A stretch of DNA of 64,000 nucleotides from Callorhinchus milii (taxonomy: Eukaryota). A program made the position numbers and the translations under genes. Location of the stretch: contig NW_024704743.1 in assembly GCF_018977255.1 (NCBI RefSeq), positions 46,998,001 through 47,062,000 of the forward strand, in the 5' to 3' direction. Below, piece after piece: positions 36,551-49,144 of this stretch. Under the pieces are notes generated by a model. That model had not been told where the DNA came from and searched no databases. It worked only from the letters and a program-made list of their open reading frames with translations. The first letter of the stretch is position 1. The number at the start of each line of letters is the position of its first letter.

Positions 36551-37737
36551 GTCGTATTTGGGCTGAATGGTCTCCTTCGGTGCTGTAAGATTCTATGATT
36601 CATGATCGCCCTGAATAACCTTCTCTTGAGCCTCTTCCTCTGCCTGATAGGTGGACAAGCCAACACAAGAAATAAGCAGCTTCAATCACCTTATGGTGTT
36701 TGCCTCAGTGCTCTGTGGGCCGATCTACCCGAATGCCTGAGAGACAGGAAATGGAAACGTTTATTTTAAAGTTCCTGCATAACCAGTTTCTTCATTGGCT
36801 CAGATGCTCAAAGCTAAACTGAGCCTGTACAATACACAATTACATTTGTATAGCGCCTTTCATGTCAGGAGGATGTCCCAAGGCGCTGGGTGCTCTAGGA
36901 CCAAGAAGGACTGAGCTGGAGAAGATAAAAATCAACAAAGTTTCCCACGCTTTACTGCTAGCCAGTGAACCTTGCTGCAAAACACGTGCACGTGGACTTT
37001 GACTGAGGGGAAGGTCACACTTGGTGGCCGGGCTCCCACAGTCAAATAGCCTGACACTCTCTGAGATGCTCCATCATGAAGAAAAGGCAAATCACTTGGT
37101 CAAGGTATGGATGGAGTCCAGCCAGTGGAGGTTGAACAACTTCCCTGCAAAAGTCATCACGTCAAGAGAGAAGGCTGGAGGAGGATTGGAAACAAAACAA
37201 AGCACAACTGAAACATGTGGGAAAACACTGCAAGTTTTAAGACCTGTTTTACTTAAAAGGCAAAATGAAATAGTCCAACTGACAACCATATACACACAAA
37301 ATAATTAATATCTGACTGGAGTAATCAACAGCCACCCACAGTCACAGAACCCAAAGCAGAGGCATGGCTCGCTCACACCCCATAGCTGTTTTGGGGTATT
37401 TTGCTATGGTACAAAGTAGAACCCACATCAGTCACTACCGCTGTACCAGTAAAACCCAGTAATTCCTGATTCCACTCCACCCTTACTCCAGGAAACTAAA
37501 AATAGTGTCTATTTCACTTCATTTGACTTTAAATGTGGTTTCAGTTTTGTCTAGTAGACTCACTAATGAAGAGCACATTAATATGTTAATAGGAAATATG
37601 TGTTCCTTTTCCATGTGCTGGATCCTGTGTATGGCTGGATTTCTGTTAAATATACATTGTGGGCATCTTCTTCTGTAACCCGGTATGATGCTAGATGTGA
37701 CCATGGATCTTAGAATTAGTTTATTTCATAAATGTTA

Positions 37738-38130
37738 ATAATAATCCTTCCACTTTGATATCGTGCCTTTCATGTCAGGTGGACGTCTCAAAGTGCTTCA
37801 CAGGATTTCCTTGTACTATTCTGAAGGTGAATGCGGCAGCCAATTTGCAGACAGCAATGTCCCACAAGTATCCATGATGTAAGTGACCAATTTTATTTAG
37901 GAGACTGTTGGCCAGGACATTAGGAGAAACTCCATTCACCATTCTTTTGAATATGTCATGGGATCTTTAATGTCTACCTCATCAAACAGACAGACCTAGA
38001 TTTAATGTATCGTCCAAAGTACGGCACCTCCGACAATGCAGCACACCCCAAACACCGCAGTGAAGTATCAATCAAAACTATTTGAGTTCAAAGTCCTGAC
38101 ATAGGAGTTGAACCCACACCCTTGAGACCT
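37738..38130 (-). mobile_element. Deu-domain SINE
   Basis: Reverse complement shows ttgtcggaggtgccg...aaagatcccatg...gtgggacattgctg and the L2-type tail. Confidence 0.8.
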
Positions 38131-38999
38131 TTTGATGTTAGAGTCATTTTGAGAACATTTGATGTTAAAGTCAATGGGAAGAAATTATTTCCAAGTTTAT
38201 TTCCAGAAACTAAACATTCCAAGATATTACCCCCACTGAAAGGCACTATATTAATGCAAGTTTGTGTACCAGATGCTGTATCAAATACAAGAATGATTAT
38301 ACATTGGATCCTCACATCACACTCACTGTTGTGACAATGGAATTTTGCTTTGCCTTTGGATCACACAGTGGCCTCTGGCTCACATTAACCTTCAATAGCC
38401 TCAACCTCAAAACTATAATTCAAACTCATCATTGTTTTAATTACAGTTAACTCCTCCTTAATACCATCACTGTGGCTTGTACATCCTGATAGTAGTCTGT
38501 TGAGATCAAATTTGCACCTGGATGGTCTGGGTTTAAAACCTGGCAAGTCCACTCAGTCATCATTCTTTGGAGATGATTAAAAAAAAAGCATGATACAGTA
38601 AATCTCACATAAACCTTATCTTTATAAATCATAAAATTGCCTAAGTCGTACATTCACCTAAGTGCCATTGAGTTTCCTGTCAAAAACTCTCAGATTCCTT
38701 TGCACTACTGTTTTTTTCAGGGGGGTTGAATTATGAAGAGATTTATAATAATATTGCAATATTGGGACGTCTAGAAGACGTGAAAAGCGCTATATCAAAT
38801 GCAAGGATTATTATTATTATAATAGTAATCCATGCATTTCATGAGGCACGTATACCACCTATTATGTCGAAAATTCTCAAAGCACTTCACAGGTAATTAC
38901 AGTCAAGAGTATTGTAATGCAGCCTGTGAAGTTGGCTGCGGTGAATACATCGTGGATAGTTTGTCCCGTTTCTATGTTATTAACATTTTAATGAAAATG

Positions 39000-40068
39000 C
39001 ACAAAATAACATTTGTACAGCATCTTTCATGTTGGGAGGACGTCCCATGGTGCAGGACAGTCAGGGATTTTGACCCGAGCGGGGGGTTGGTGTCAGGGAG
39101 GGTGGAGGGTAGTAGGGTGACCGAAGGCAGAGTTGAAGGAGGGTCTTGAGACATGTCTTGAAGGAGGCAAGGGAGGGAATAAGGCAAAGGATCTGTAGGA
39201 TTGAGATCCAAAGGGTGGGGGCAGAGAAGCTGAAGGCCCAACTACTGATGGTAGGGCGGGCCAAGTGGGGGATGTGGAGCAGGCCCCTGCCTGATAAGCG
39301 GAAGGAGCAGACAGATTGATATGGGGTTAGCAGGTCACAGAGGTTGGAAGGAGCAAGGCCATGGAGGGCGTTAAAAGCGGAACTATCTTCCAGTGGAGCC
39401 AGGCGAGGGTGGGAGTGATAGGGTCACGGAGATTGGTGCGGGAGAGGACACGAGCTGCAGAGTTCTGGATTATCTGCAGCTTGTGGAGAGAAGAGTTGGG
39501 AAGCACGACAAGCAGGGAGTTGGTGTAGTCAAGCCTAAATATGATGAATGCGTGGATGAGGATTTCGGAGGCCTAAGGGTTGAGGCAGTGGCAGAGCTGG
39601 GCGATGTTATAATAATAATAATCCTTGCATTTGATATTGCGCTTTTCACGTTGGGAGGACGTCCCTTAAGCGCTTCACAGAATATACTATAAAGTGAATT
39701 GACTGTATATTTGTGGGCAAACGCGGCAGCCAATTGCGCACAGCAATGTCCCACAAACAGTCGTGGATTGAAAATGACCAATTTAATTATTGTTTTTGGT
39801 TTTTTTGGAGGGATTATTATTAGGCGTGTGGAGTAAGGAAACTTGCCCAAGGTTTCGCCCTGCCTGGAATTGAACTCAGGTCTCTCGCTTGCAAAGCGAG
39901 TGCTCTAACCACTGAGCTACAGGACTCCACATGCTGCAGAGGTGGGGGATGGCAGAGCGGGTCATGGCACAGATGTGGGGTAGAAAGGACAGCTGAGGAT
40001 CAAACAAAATGCTATGGTTTGGACTGGTTCAGTGAGGTGGAGTGTGCATCAATGGGTGGGGATGCTTC
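39000..40068 (-). mobile_element. L2 fragment carrying a nested SINE
   Basis: L2 3' tail at about 39000-39060. The ORF2 remnant is interrupted at gggcgatgtt| and resumes at |acatgctgcagaggtgggg. Confidence 0.85.
39609..39928 (-). mobile_element. Young tRNA(Ala)-like SINE, short subfamily, nested in L2
   Basis: Near-identical reverse complement of 23070-23370. Confidence 0.92.
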
Positions 40069-40069
40069 T

Positions 40070-40385
40070 AGCGAGAGGACCCGGGTTCAATTTCTGGGTG
40101 GGGCGAAAATTTCCTTACACAAGCTTCTGTTTGCCAAGCAGTAAGTAGGAACCTAGTTATTAGTCGATTGGTGGATCGCTTTCCAGCGGTAATAATCCCT
40201 TCATAAAAATAATAATTTGGTCACTCAATCCATGACTGTTTGTGGGACACTATTGTGTGCAATTGGCGACTGCGTTTCACCCACAAAATATACAGTCAAT
40301 CATTTTACAATATATTCTGTGAAGAGCTTTGAGATGTCTCAACGACGTGATAAGGTGCTATATGTAATGCCAGGATTATTATTAC
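40070..40385 (+). mobile_element. tRNA(Ala)-like SINE, long subfamily, 5' truncated
   Basis: Box B gttcaatttc, internal cagtaagtaggaacc segment, Deu core and tail. Confidence 0.85.
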
Positions 40386-41994
40386 AAATAAAGTGGCTGA
40401 AATGTTGAATCATCTGCCATAAATTATTGCTGAAGCAAATTCCATCAATTATATTAAAAGGGAGTTAGACAGATGCTTCAATAGTAATTTTGCAGGGTAT
40501 GAGGAGGGAGCAGAAAAGCGATTAGAAAAGCCAGCTCATATGGAGAAAAATACCAGAGCAGAATTGATGGGCTGAACGTCTTATTTCTCTGCTGTAACAT
40601 TCTATGGGGTGGGGGAATAGGAAAGGAGGCAAAATTAAGTTATACAATGTGATAGGTACTGGATAAAGCCATTGTACCTATCCTAACAATTGGTTTGGGT
40701 CTGAATTCCCCACCCCACCCACATTCAGAGAATGATTTCTCTCTTCAGCTGATTCAGTATTGGATTGCTGATGTTTTTTTAATCCTAGCTGCAGGAAGAG
40801 CTTTTTAACCCTTCTTAACTTCAGCTTTTCCCGTTTTAGATTTTATTAGGCCACCATCTGGCAATGAAATGCAAAGTGCAGGGCCTTTCCCCAGCCCCAA
40901 TTTACGATTTTCCCGATAGGCCATGTTTAACCCATTCTATCCCTCTTCCGAATGTCACATCATGAGAGACCAGCATGAAATAAGGAAACTTGCCCATTAG
41001 CAGCTGGGGGGAGGGTCCTTGATGTTGTATTAAAGATTCCTTAGGTTCAGCAATTCAGGCACTATTAAAGCATTCATAGTGTCAGCAAAACTCTTCTGAA
41101 ATGTACAACATATATTATATTGGAAAATGAGATGATCTGTGTGATTTGTATTCAAATGTTTGGCAGCATTGCAATGAGACTCAAACACAATGGATTCTAG
41201 ATAGTTTTCTGAAGAGCATGGTTAGATCAACCAGAAATTGGGATTTTATACTAAGATTTCAAAACAACTGGTCCAGCAACAAAGGGGTCAAAATGGCAAA
41301 GTGTGATGTGTTAACGTGTCGATAAACACATTCAAATGAGGCCAGCGGGTAACAAGATGACAGTGGGTGACAGTGTTGGGATTTGGACTTCATGATCATG
41401 ACATTGGCGGGAAACTGGATTAACTTACTTTTGTGTTACACACAGTTCCCTAGAGTAACGTGGTATGGAAACAGACCATTCAATCCAACCAGTCGCAAGG
41501 AGGTTTATACTACACAAAAACTGCTCTTCCTCCTATTTTGCTCTCCTATATCGCTTATTCCCTTCTCTCTCATATATGCATTATTTTCTCTTAAATACAC
41601 TGATCATATTTGCTTCAACTACAGCAATGAGTTCCACATACCCACAACTTGCTGCATGAAGAGGTTCCTCTAAAACTCCTATTAGATCTACAACAGGTAA
41701 TCCACAGGGGACCATACAAGGCTGGGAGGAGAAACTGTTGGAGGGCAACAAAGTGGAGGATGGGTTAAGTAAGATTGGAATCAGGAGAGTGCTGTTTTAC
41801 GTTGGTGGTGATGAAGGAGGATGTGGTGATTGGGAAGGATGGAGTGGTCCACAGTAAAAAAAAATACAGCAGAGATGACAAGGAGGCAGAGTGAGCCCTG
41901 GTCGCAGAGAGACACTTGGTGACTTTGACAAAGGCTACCTTAGTGCTGTGAATACTGCCATGATGCTGTCAGCAGAGATCTTTCGATTATGTTG

Positions 41995-42195
41995 CATACT
42001 AACACTAACTTTAGTTCTGCTCCATACTAACACTATGTTTGGTTCTTCTCTATACTAACACAAACCTTTGGTTCTACTCTATACTAATACTATCTTTGAT
42101 TATGCTCCATACTAACACTATCTTTGGTTTGTCCTCCCGACGTGAAAGGCGCTATACAAATGTTATCTTGTTATTGTATCTTTTGTTCTTCTCCA
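41995..42195. repeat. 28-bp minisatellite (about 5 units) with an L2 3' tail inserted at 42131-42176
   Basis: Units catactaacactatctttggttctgctc; the last unit is split by gtcctcccgacgtgaaaggcgctatacaaatgttatcttgttattg. Confidence 0.85.
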
Positions 42196-42207
42196 CACAA
42201 TCTTTGA

Positions 42208-42652
42208 CATAAATGCCCGATGGAGTTCTGTTGCACAGCTTCAATATTTCAGTGAAAGACGCACACTCATAAAACACACGTTATAAAAGAAAACATTCCT
42301 GTTTAAAAAGCATTATTTTGCCAGTTTTAAGTTAATCCCGGTGGTAAATAAGCATTCCTCAGCTGAGAAGGAGAAAAGCAAACTGCAGCCCAGACTCTTG
42401 AGTAGTCGAGTACAATGCAGTTGTTTCCCCAGGGGGAGGGGGGGGAAGGAGGCGGAACTGACACAAACACCTCCTCTGAACAACACTGCCACGTATAAGT
42501 GGACACAAACAAAAGTATTCCCTTTTAACCTTATTTAATAAAAATCATTCTGGAAGCATTTTCTTCAGAAATGTGGCCTGTGTTTTAGGAGAGTGCGTCT
42601 TTTCCTGAAATACGGACACAGTGTGAATTAGCGCTTCATCTTGGCATTCATG
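42208..42652. mobile_element. Foldback/MITE-like element with long imperfect terminal inverted repeats
   Basis: Core arms 42246-42278 and 42579-42611 match at 29/33 positions, and weaker symmetry extends outward and inward. Confidence 0.6.
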
Positions 42653-43149
42653 GTATTTACAGATGCTGTTTGTGCAGAACAGATCCACAAGATCTCATGG
42701 TCCTATCTTCAAATCTCACATAAAACAGAAGCCGTCATGCTAATGGCAATCCATATCTAACATGTCTCAGCAACAAATGTTTTGTATCTGCTGACCTTTC
42801 ATTAAAAAATATTAAATTAACTAAATTCCACATCCTGGCATGCAAATAAAAGCACTCAAATTTCTGAGCGTTTATGTAAACTATTAAGTTCAAATGCTTG
42901 TCTCTTTTGCACGTGGAATGCATTCCAGTAACAAAATAATTGGGGGTTATGTGAACAAATGTCTTTTTAACCATAAAATTTGTGACCTATCATATAGAAC
43001 ACAGAACTTTTTTTATAGCAGTACTGAAACTTTTATCTGTACAAATGAGTCTGATGGGTTACATAACTCAGAAAAATATAGTACTGTCAATCCACAGTCT
43101 GTTTTTTTATATACCATCAGAAAATATTGAGTCATGCTCATCTACTCAC

Positions 43150-43227
43150 CACGATCAAAAGCCATTTTAACATCTTCTACATGCTCGGTAAATCCTGATA
43201 ATCTGTATAGCCCCTCTGATTTCATAC
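43150..43227 (-). CDS. CHN2: CHN2 coding exon (78 nt), arginine finger
   Basis: Boundaries taacag|GTATGA...GATCGTG|gtgagt. Encodes (G)[25 protein letters not shown] with the catalytic Arg in GLYR. It is not in the ORF track and was read directly from the sequence. Confidence 0.95.
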
Positions 43228-43399
43228 CTGTTAAATAAACAGAAGATGGTTACTCATTAATTAATACAAAAATACAGTCACACCAATTTAGAGTAAAAAT
43301 CCTGTGAAGCCCTTTGAGATATCCACCTGACTTGAAAGGCGTTATACGAAATGTAAGGATTATTATTTTATTATATTACTATTATTACTATTATTATTA

Positions 43400-43700
43400 T
43401 GTGTGCCTTTACATTTGATATAGCTCCTTTCATGTCAGGAGGATGTCTCAAAGCGCTTCACAGGATATACTGTAAAGGGCAGTTATTGTGTTTTGTGGGC
43501 AAACGTGGCAGACAATGTGCACACAGCAATGTCCCACAAACAGCCATGGAGTGAGTGACCAACTTGATTTGGGGGGGTTGTTGGCCAGGACACAAGGAGA
43601 AACTCTCTTCACTTTTTGAATAGTGCTATGGGATCTTTAACCTGAACGGGCAGACAGCACCTCAGTTTAACGTTTAATCTGAAGGACGGCACCTCCGACA
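43400..43700 (-). mobile_element. Deu-domain SINE, tail-to-tail with a + strand SINE tail at 43298-43370
   Basis: Two opposing tails share an (att)n tract. Confidence 0.8.
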
Positions 43701-44799
43701 GGTATTATCCACATTGAACAGCAGTCGATTGGTTTCAGCAGCAGTTTTCCACTTTTTCAAAGTGATAATTGTCATTTGTGATAATATCATCCATTGCATT
43801 TTCACTCCTGATTGATATCAAATGATGATAATGTGCAGTGCTTCATATTATCATCATCATCCTTCTTATCGATTATTATGTTTTATTATTATTTAAGCCT
43901 CAGAGCATTACGGTATTATTTTGTAAATTTCTACAAAATAAATTGAATGTGAAACATGAAAGAGAATAAAATTAAAAAGCACCTTTCTCCCGGTAAATAT
44001 AACAATAAGGAGATGACAAAAGATAAGACATGCTGTTTTTACTGCAAATTTTGACATTTTTTTAAAAACAAACTGCTGCAGAACACTCTTAAATATGGTG
44101 ATGGGTTCTCTCAAATGTTCCCTGGCTGACATTTTTTTTTAAACCCTCAAAACTTCCGTCCTGAGGTAAATTTTTAATGCTAAAATATTCACAAGAGCAT
44201 TTAAGAGGTTTGTGACATGATTGCAGCAGGTGTAGCAAGAAATAATCACCAGATTACAGGGGAATTATACCTAGAGTAAGATTAAGGAATATTACTTTTT
44301 GTAGACAAGGTAAAGAAGACAGGAAATGAAGGCTAGAAAGAAAAGTATTACGATTAATAATAATAATAATCCTTGCATTTGATTATATCCTCAATACCGT
44401 GTGACAGCATTTTTTCATACATTTATAATTAACACAATGGATACATTTATCCTATAGTCTGGAATACAAAGGAACTGGCAGCAAGAATAAACTTCATTGG
44501 TGTCACATGGCCTCTGCACTATCGATCGCTCCAAGCGATCAGCTGTGTTCAGCTGTACTTTGGTTCAACAATAACAATTCTTGGTTCAAGGCTTTATATT
44601 TCAGAGCAAACACTAAGGATTGTGTTTGGGCATTCAATGATATTGAAGGTGAGATTTTAGTTATTTATTTTTTCACAGCTCATTTAATATCACTCAGATT
44701 TCCAAGCATGAACACAATGAAAAGATTGGGGCAACACAAAATACTGGTTCTACAGCACATAAGGTCATTATCAGAGCTTGGTGAAGAATATGCACAAAC

Positions 44800-44973
44800 C
44801 TCTTGCTTCAATTTCTTGAATGCACATATCCACTACCATAGGTCTCTGCATGTTGTGTGCTTTTACCAGCGTCGTCAAGTCACAGCAGTAAACTTTCTTG
44901 ATCCTCTTTAGGTCTGGTTGACAGTCATTGGGCACAACTTTTGAGCACTGTTTATGTACATTCAGCCCACAGT
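44800..44973 (-). CDS. CHN2: CHN2 coding exon (174 nt), end of C1 and start of GAP domain
   Basis: Boundaries ctccag|ACTGTG...GCAAGAG|gtttgt. Encodes (D)[70 protein letters not shown] is CHN2-type rather than CHN1-type (KPDLKHVKKVYSC). Confidence 0.96.
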
Positions 44974-45068
44974 CTGGAGAAGAAGAAATGGCAGTGTGAG
45001 TAAATTGCACATGGCCTCGGCACCATCAATCACTGAGTGCACACTTTCTCCCAGTCTTGGAACTGGGT

Positions 45069-45370
45069 TATAATAATAATAAGCCTTGCATTTGATATAG
45101 CACCTTATTACGTCTTTTTGAGACGTCCCAAAATGCTTCACAGAATATACTGTAAAGTGAATTGACTGTATAACGAAACGCAGCAGCCAATTGCATACAG
45201 CAGTGACCATGGATTGAAGTGATCAATTAATTATTATTATTTGCTTTGCAAGGAATTATTACCCCCGGAAAAGCGATCTGCAATCGGCTAACAACCGGGT
45301 TCCTACTTACTGCTAGATAAACAGAGGCATATGGAGTAAGGAAACTTGCCCAATATTTCGCCTTGCTGGG
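45069..45370 (-). mobile_element. tRNA(Ala)-like SINE, long subfamily, 5' truncated
   Basis: Reverse complement contains ttgggcaagtttccttactcc, cagtaagtaggaacc and the tail. Confidence 0.85.
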
Positions 45371-45654
45371 TTCAGCTGTGCTTTGGTTCAACAGACAGAA
45401 TTCTGTACCAGATTTATCGAGAAACTAATCGCAGTATGGATTATTAGTTCACCTAATGGTGGCCTGCGTAATGCCCACTGCCTGATCTTCTCCACCATCG
45501 GTGGGCGAGTTTTCAGCTATTCTACCCCTGCTCTGGATCGTCATTCTGGATTTATTTATTTAAGAAACAGCTTGCTCAATGCAATAAGGGGAGGATGGTG
45601 GGGAAGAATCTTCTTTATCTGTACCTCTTTCAAACTACCACCCCATCTCCAACC

Positions 45655-47070
45655 TCCCTTTCCTCTCCTAGATCCTGGAATGAGTCAATACATCGTAGCT
45701 TCGCTCCTTCCTCTCTCGCCACTCCTTTCACAAACAACTCCAATCGGGTTTCTGTGCCGCCCACAGCACAAAAATAGCTCTGATCAAAGTGATAAATGAC
45801 ATTCTGTCCATCTGTGGCCTGGGCTCCCTCTGCTGCTTTTGACACCATTGACAACTTTATCCTCATCCACCGCATCTCCTCTTACCTCAACCTTCACGGT
45901 TCTGTCCTTGAATGGTTCAGGTCATACCTCTCACACTGCCTGCACTTCATCTCCACAAACGGCTTCTCCTCTAGCCCCTGCACCGTCTCATGCGGAATTC
46001 CTCACAGCTCCGTCCTTGTCCTCTCCTCTTCAATATTTATATGCTTCCTCTTAGTGACATCATCTGCAGACATGGGGTCAACTTCCACATGTATGCAGAT
46101 GACACCCAACTGCACCTCTTTGCCTCCACGACCACTGCTGTGCTGACAGAATGTCTGTCAGACATCAAGTCCTGGATGAGAGCTAACTTTCTTCAGTTGA
46201 AAGTCAACAAGGCTGAGACTCCTATTTGGCTCCTACTTGCAACCATGGACGGTGATGCTGTCAGCGCCTCCAGGCGCCGACAGCATCACCGTCCATGGTT
46301 GCATACTCCACCTTACTTAGCCAGCCCGGAACCTTGGCGTCTTGTTTTGACTCTCAACTATCCTTCCTACCCCACATCCGTGCCATGACCCATTCTGCCT
46401 TCCCCCACCTCTGCAACATCACCCAGCTCTGCGACTGTCTCACAACGCAGGCCAAATCCTCATATATGCATTCATAACATCGAGGCTTGACTATACAAAC
46501 TCACTGATTGTCGGTCTCCCCAACTCTTCCCTTCATAGGCTGCAGATCATCTGCAACCCGTGTCCTCTCACGCACCAGGCTCTGCGACCCTATCACCCCC
46601 ATCCTTGCCCGACTCCACTGGCTTCCAATCACACAAAGGATACAGTTCAAGATCCAGGTCCCCAGCTTCAAAGCCCTCCATGGTCTTGCTCCCCCCACCT
46701 CTGTGACCTTCTAACCCCTTGCCAAACTGCCCACTCCCTCTGCTTAGGGGACTCTGGTCTGCTTCATGTCTCCCTTCCTCGCTCGTCCCACTATTGGCGG
46801 GCAGGCCTTCTGCCACTCTGCCCCCACCTCTAGAATTCCATCCCGCAGTCCCTTCGTCTCGCCCCCTCCCTTTCCTCCTTCAAGACCCATCTCAAGACCC
46901 TCCTCTTCGACTGTGTTCTCAATCACCCTGCTTCCCCCACTGCCCTTCACCTTCCCCAATCCCGACCCCCAGCTCGGGTTCAAAACACTGACTGTCCAGC
47001 GCTTTGGGACGTCCTCCCGACATGAAAGGCACTATACAAATGTAATTTTGTGGCTGTTGTTGCTGTTGCA
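45655..47070 (+). mobile_element. L2 LINE, RT domain to 3' tail
   Basis: Peptides [28 protein letters not shown] (RT YADD motif) and LARLHWLPITQRIQFKI, plus the tail stem-loop. Confidence 0.93.
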
Positions 47071-47859
47071 GCACAATAAGGGGTAAATATGCCCAGAACT
47101 GCAATTTATACACCAGCAGGTTTTACGTTGCCTCTCTGATCTTTCAGTTTCAAACCTCTCCAAGTGGTAATAAGGGCTGCTGTAACTCACGTTGTTTCAG
47201 TACAGTTCTAGCATAGTTCTAGTTCAAGTGCTCCGGGAGGCTACCCTGCATGAGTGGCACTATATAAATGCAAGTTGTTGTTGTTGTAGTATTTTCATGC
47301 TTAGAGTTGTAAGGCAGTTCTTAGTTATTAAGGTGTGAATTCACTCATAGTGTTGTGCCTGAGTAGTTTCCTCACCTTCCAAAGTGGTGCTTTCCCCAGA
47401 ATAGATCATAATTACTGTAAAAGGTAAGATCTCACCTGTGTTGTTAATGTCACCCTTGTGGCTCAGTTCCAAACCAACTGGTATTTATAAATGTTTATAA
47501 ATGCATTTCACAGGGTATTGAGGAGCATATGATATTGGCAAGCCACTTGCTTCGTGCCATGGAATTTTGTTTTGAAAAATGGAAATATTGTCAGTGTTTA
47601 TTTCATTTGTTTGTAGCTTATACTACAGCAATAAACCTGCGTCTTAGATCTGTGTACGTTAGTGTTACCATGTTTGTTTCAGTGTGTATGCTCAGAAGTT
47701 GAATAAACAGCTTTCTTGGATCTTCAAGCAGACTAAAGACAATATTATGTTACAATGTTTGACACGAGCAAACTGATTGTTACATGTGAATTAAGTCACT
47801 ATAAGCAGTAGATTAACACATTAATGCATCTAGATCGCATTGCAAAAAGCTGAACATTA

Positions 47860-48165
47860 CAGTTAATGATCCATAGTGTCGGAAGGATGAACCATGAAGA
47901 TTGATTGAATAAGCTCGGCTCTTCAGTCTTGAAAAGAGATATCTCACAAAGGGACTTTATAGAAGTATATAAAGTATATGCTAAATGGGATTCACAAAAT
48001 AAGCCTGAAAAATTGTTTTCAGCTTTGCTAAGGCAGTAGGACAAAACTTCAGGGTTCTGAAGTGCAATTTGAGGACTGAAGTATTTCTTTACCCTGGCAG
48101 TAATTAACGACTGGAACAGGTTACCAAGAAAGGGGATTGAAGCCAGGGTACTGGACTCATTTAAC
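47860..48165 (+). mobile_element. Old CR1 3' fragment
   Basis: ctcttcagtcttgaaaagagat...ggactttatagaagtatataaa CR1 motif. Confidence 0.6.
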
Positions 48166-48169
48166 ACTA

Positions 48170-48490
48170 TCAATCTGGCTTGGTTCACAGCATCTTTGCC
48201 TCTGTCAGAACGTTGTGGGTCCAAGCCCCACATGGGGATTTGAGTTCCTAGTCCAGGCTGACACTCCAGTGCAGTACAACGCACATTGTCTGGCGTTGCT
48301 GCCAGATGAAACATTAAACAGATGTCCAATTTGCCTGGTTGTGTGGACGTTAAAGATCCCATGATACTATTTGAAAAGAGAAATGGTGGCTAACTATTTC
48401 CCAGATAAATTGGTCATTCATTTCATGGCGGTTTGTGGACCCTTGATGTGGAAAAATTGGTTGCTACATTTGCTACAAATACACAGTTAT
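48170..48490 (+). mobile_element. Deu-domain SINE
   Basis: ggctgacactccagtgcagtac...gtggacgttaaagatcccatg...gtttgtgg. Confidence 0.75.
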
Positions 48491-49144
48491 TCAAGAAACA
48501 GCCTGAGGCTGTAACAGGAAAATGGAGCTGTTGAAATCAATTGAGCCAAAGGGACTCCAACCAAATCTCTACTGAACTTAAGGTTAACTAAACTAAATAG
48601 ATAATTGTAAAATAAGGCTGTGGCATAAATCAAGTTGACTTCTACATCTCACTTATAGTGTAGTTGTAATTTCCATGTTAGGAAAATACAAGGTTGCAGA
48701 CAAGGGCAAAATCTCACTTATGTTGTTGATGTCATCTTTGTGATTCAGCCTCAAAAACAAAAGTAACCCAAAAACAAGACAAGAGGCATAGAACAAATTC
48801 TACAGTGCTCATGTTTGTGAGCAGTGATCTATGACTTTTCTGAAAACTTGCAGCACGCTAACTTTTTGTTTGGCTCATTTCTGCATCAAAAATGAGTAAT
48901 GGTGAAATCAAGCATTTTTATTTCTTAAACTTTCATCAGATATCAATAATGTTTTGTTGAGTGTCAAGCTCTGCCACTGTTAAGTGATTTGAGATGCTAC
49001 CCCATGTGCAGGGCATTATATAAATGCGAGTTATTATTTTACTTTTTAGGGGAATTTTTTGATTTTTTACTCTTTTTTACAGCCACAAAAATGGCTAACA
49101 CATTCGCCACAGATGTCACTTCCTAAGCACAGTGCACATGCGTA

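Noticed and set aside
41995..42130. CRISPR-like array (28-bp repeats)
   Set aside because: The units are contiguous with no unique spacers, the context is eukaryotic and there are no cas genes.
47438..47754. Possible solo LTR (TATA, AATAAA, ...ACA end)
   Set aside because: Boundaries and TSD cannot be defined; there is only a short match to about 35238-35258.
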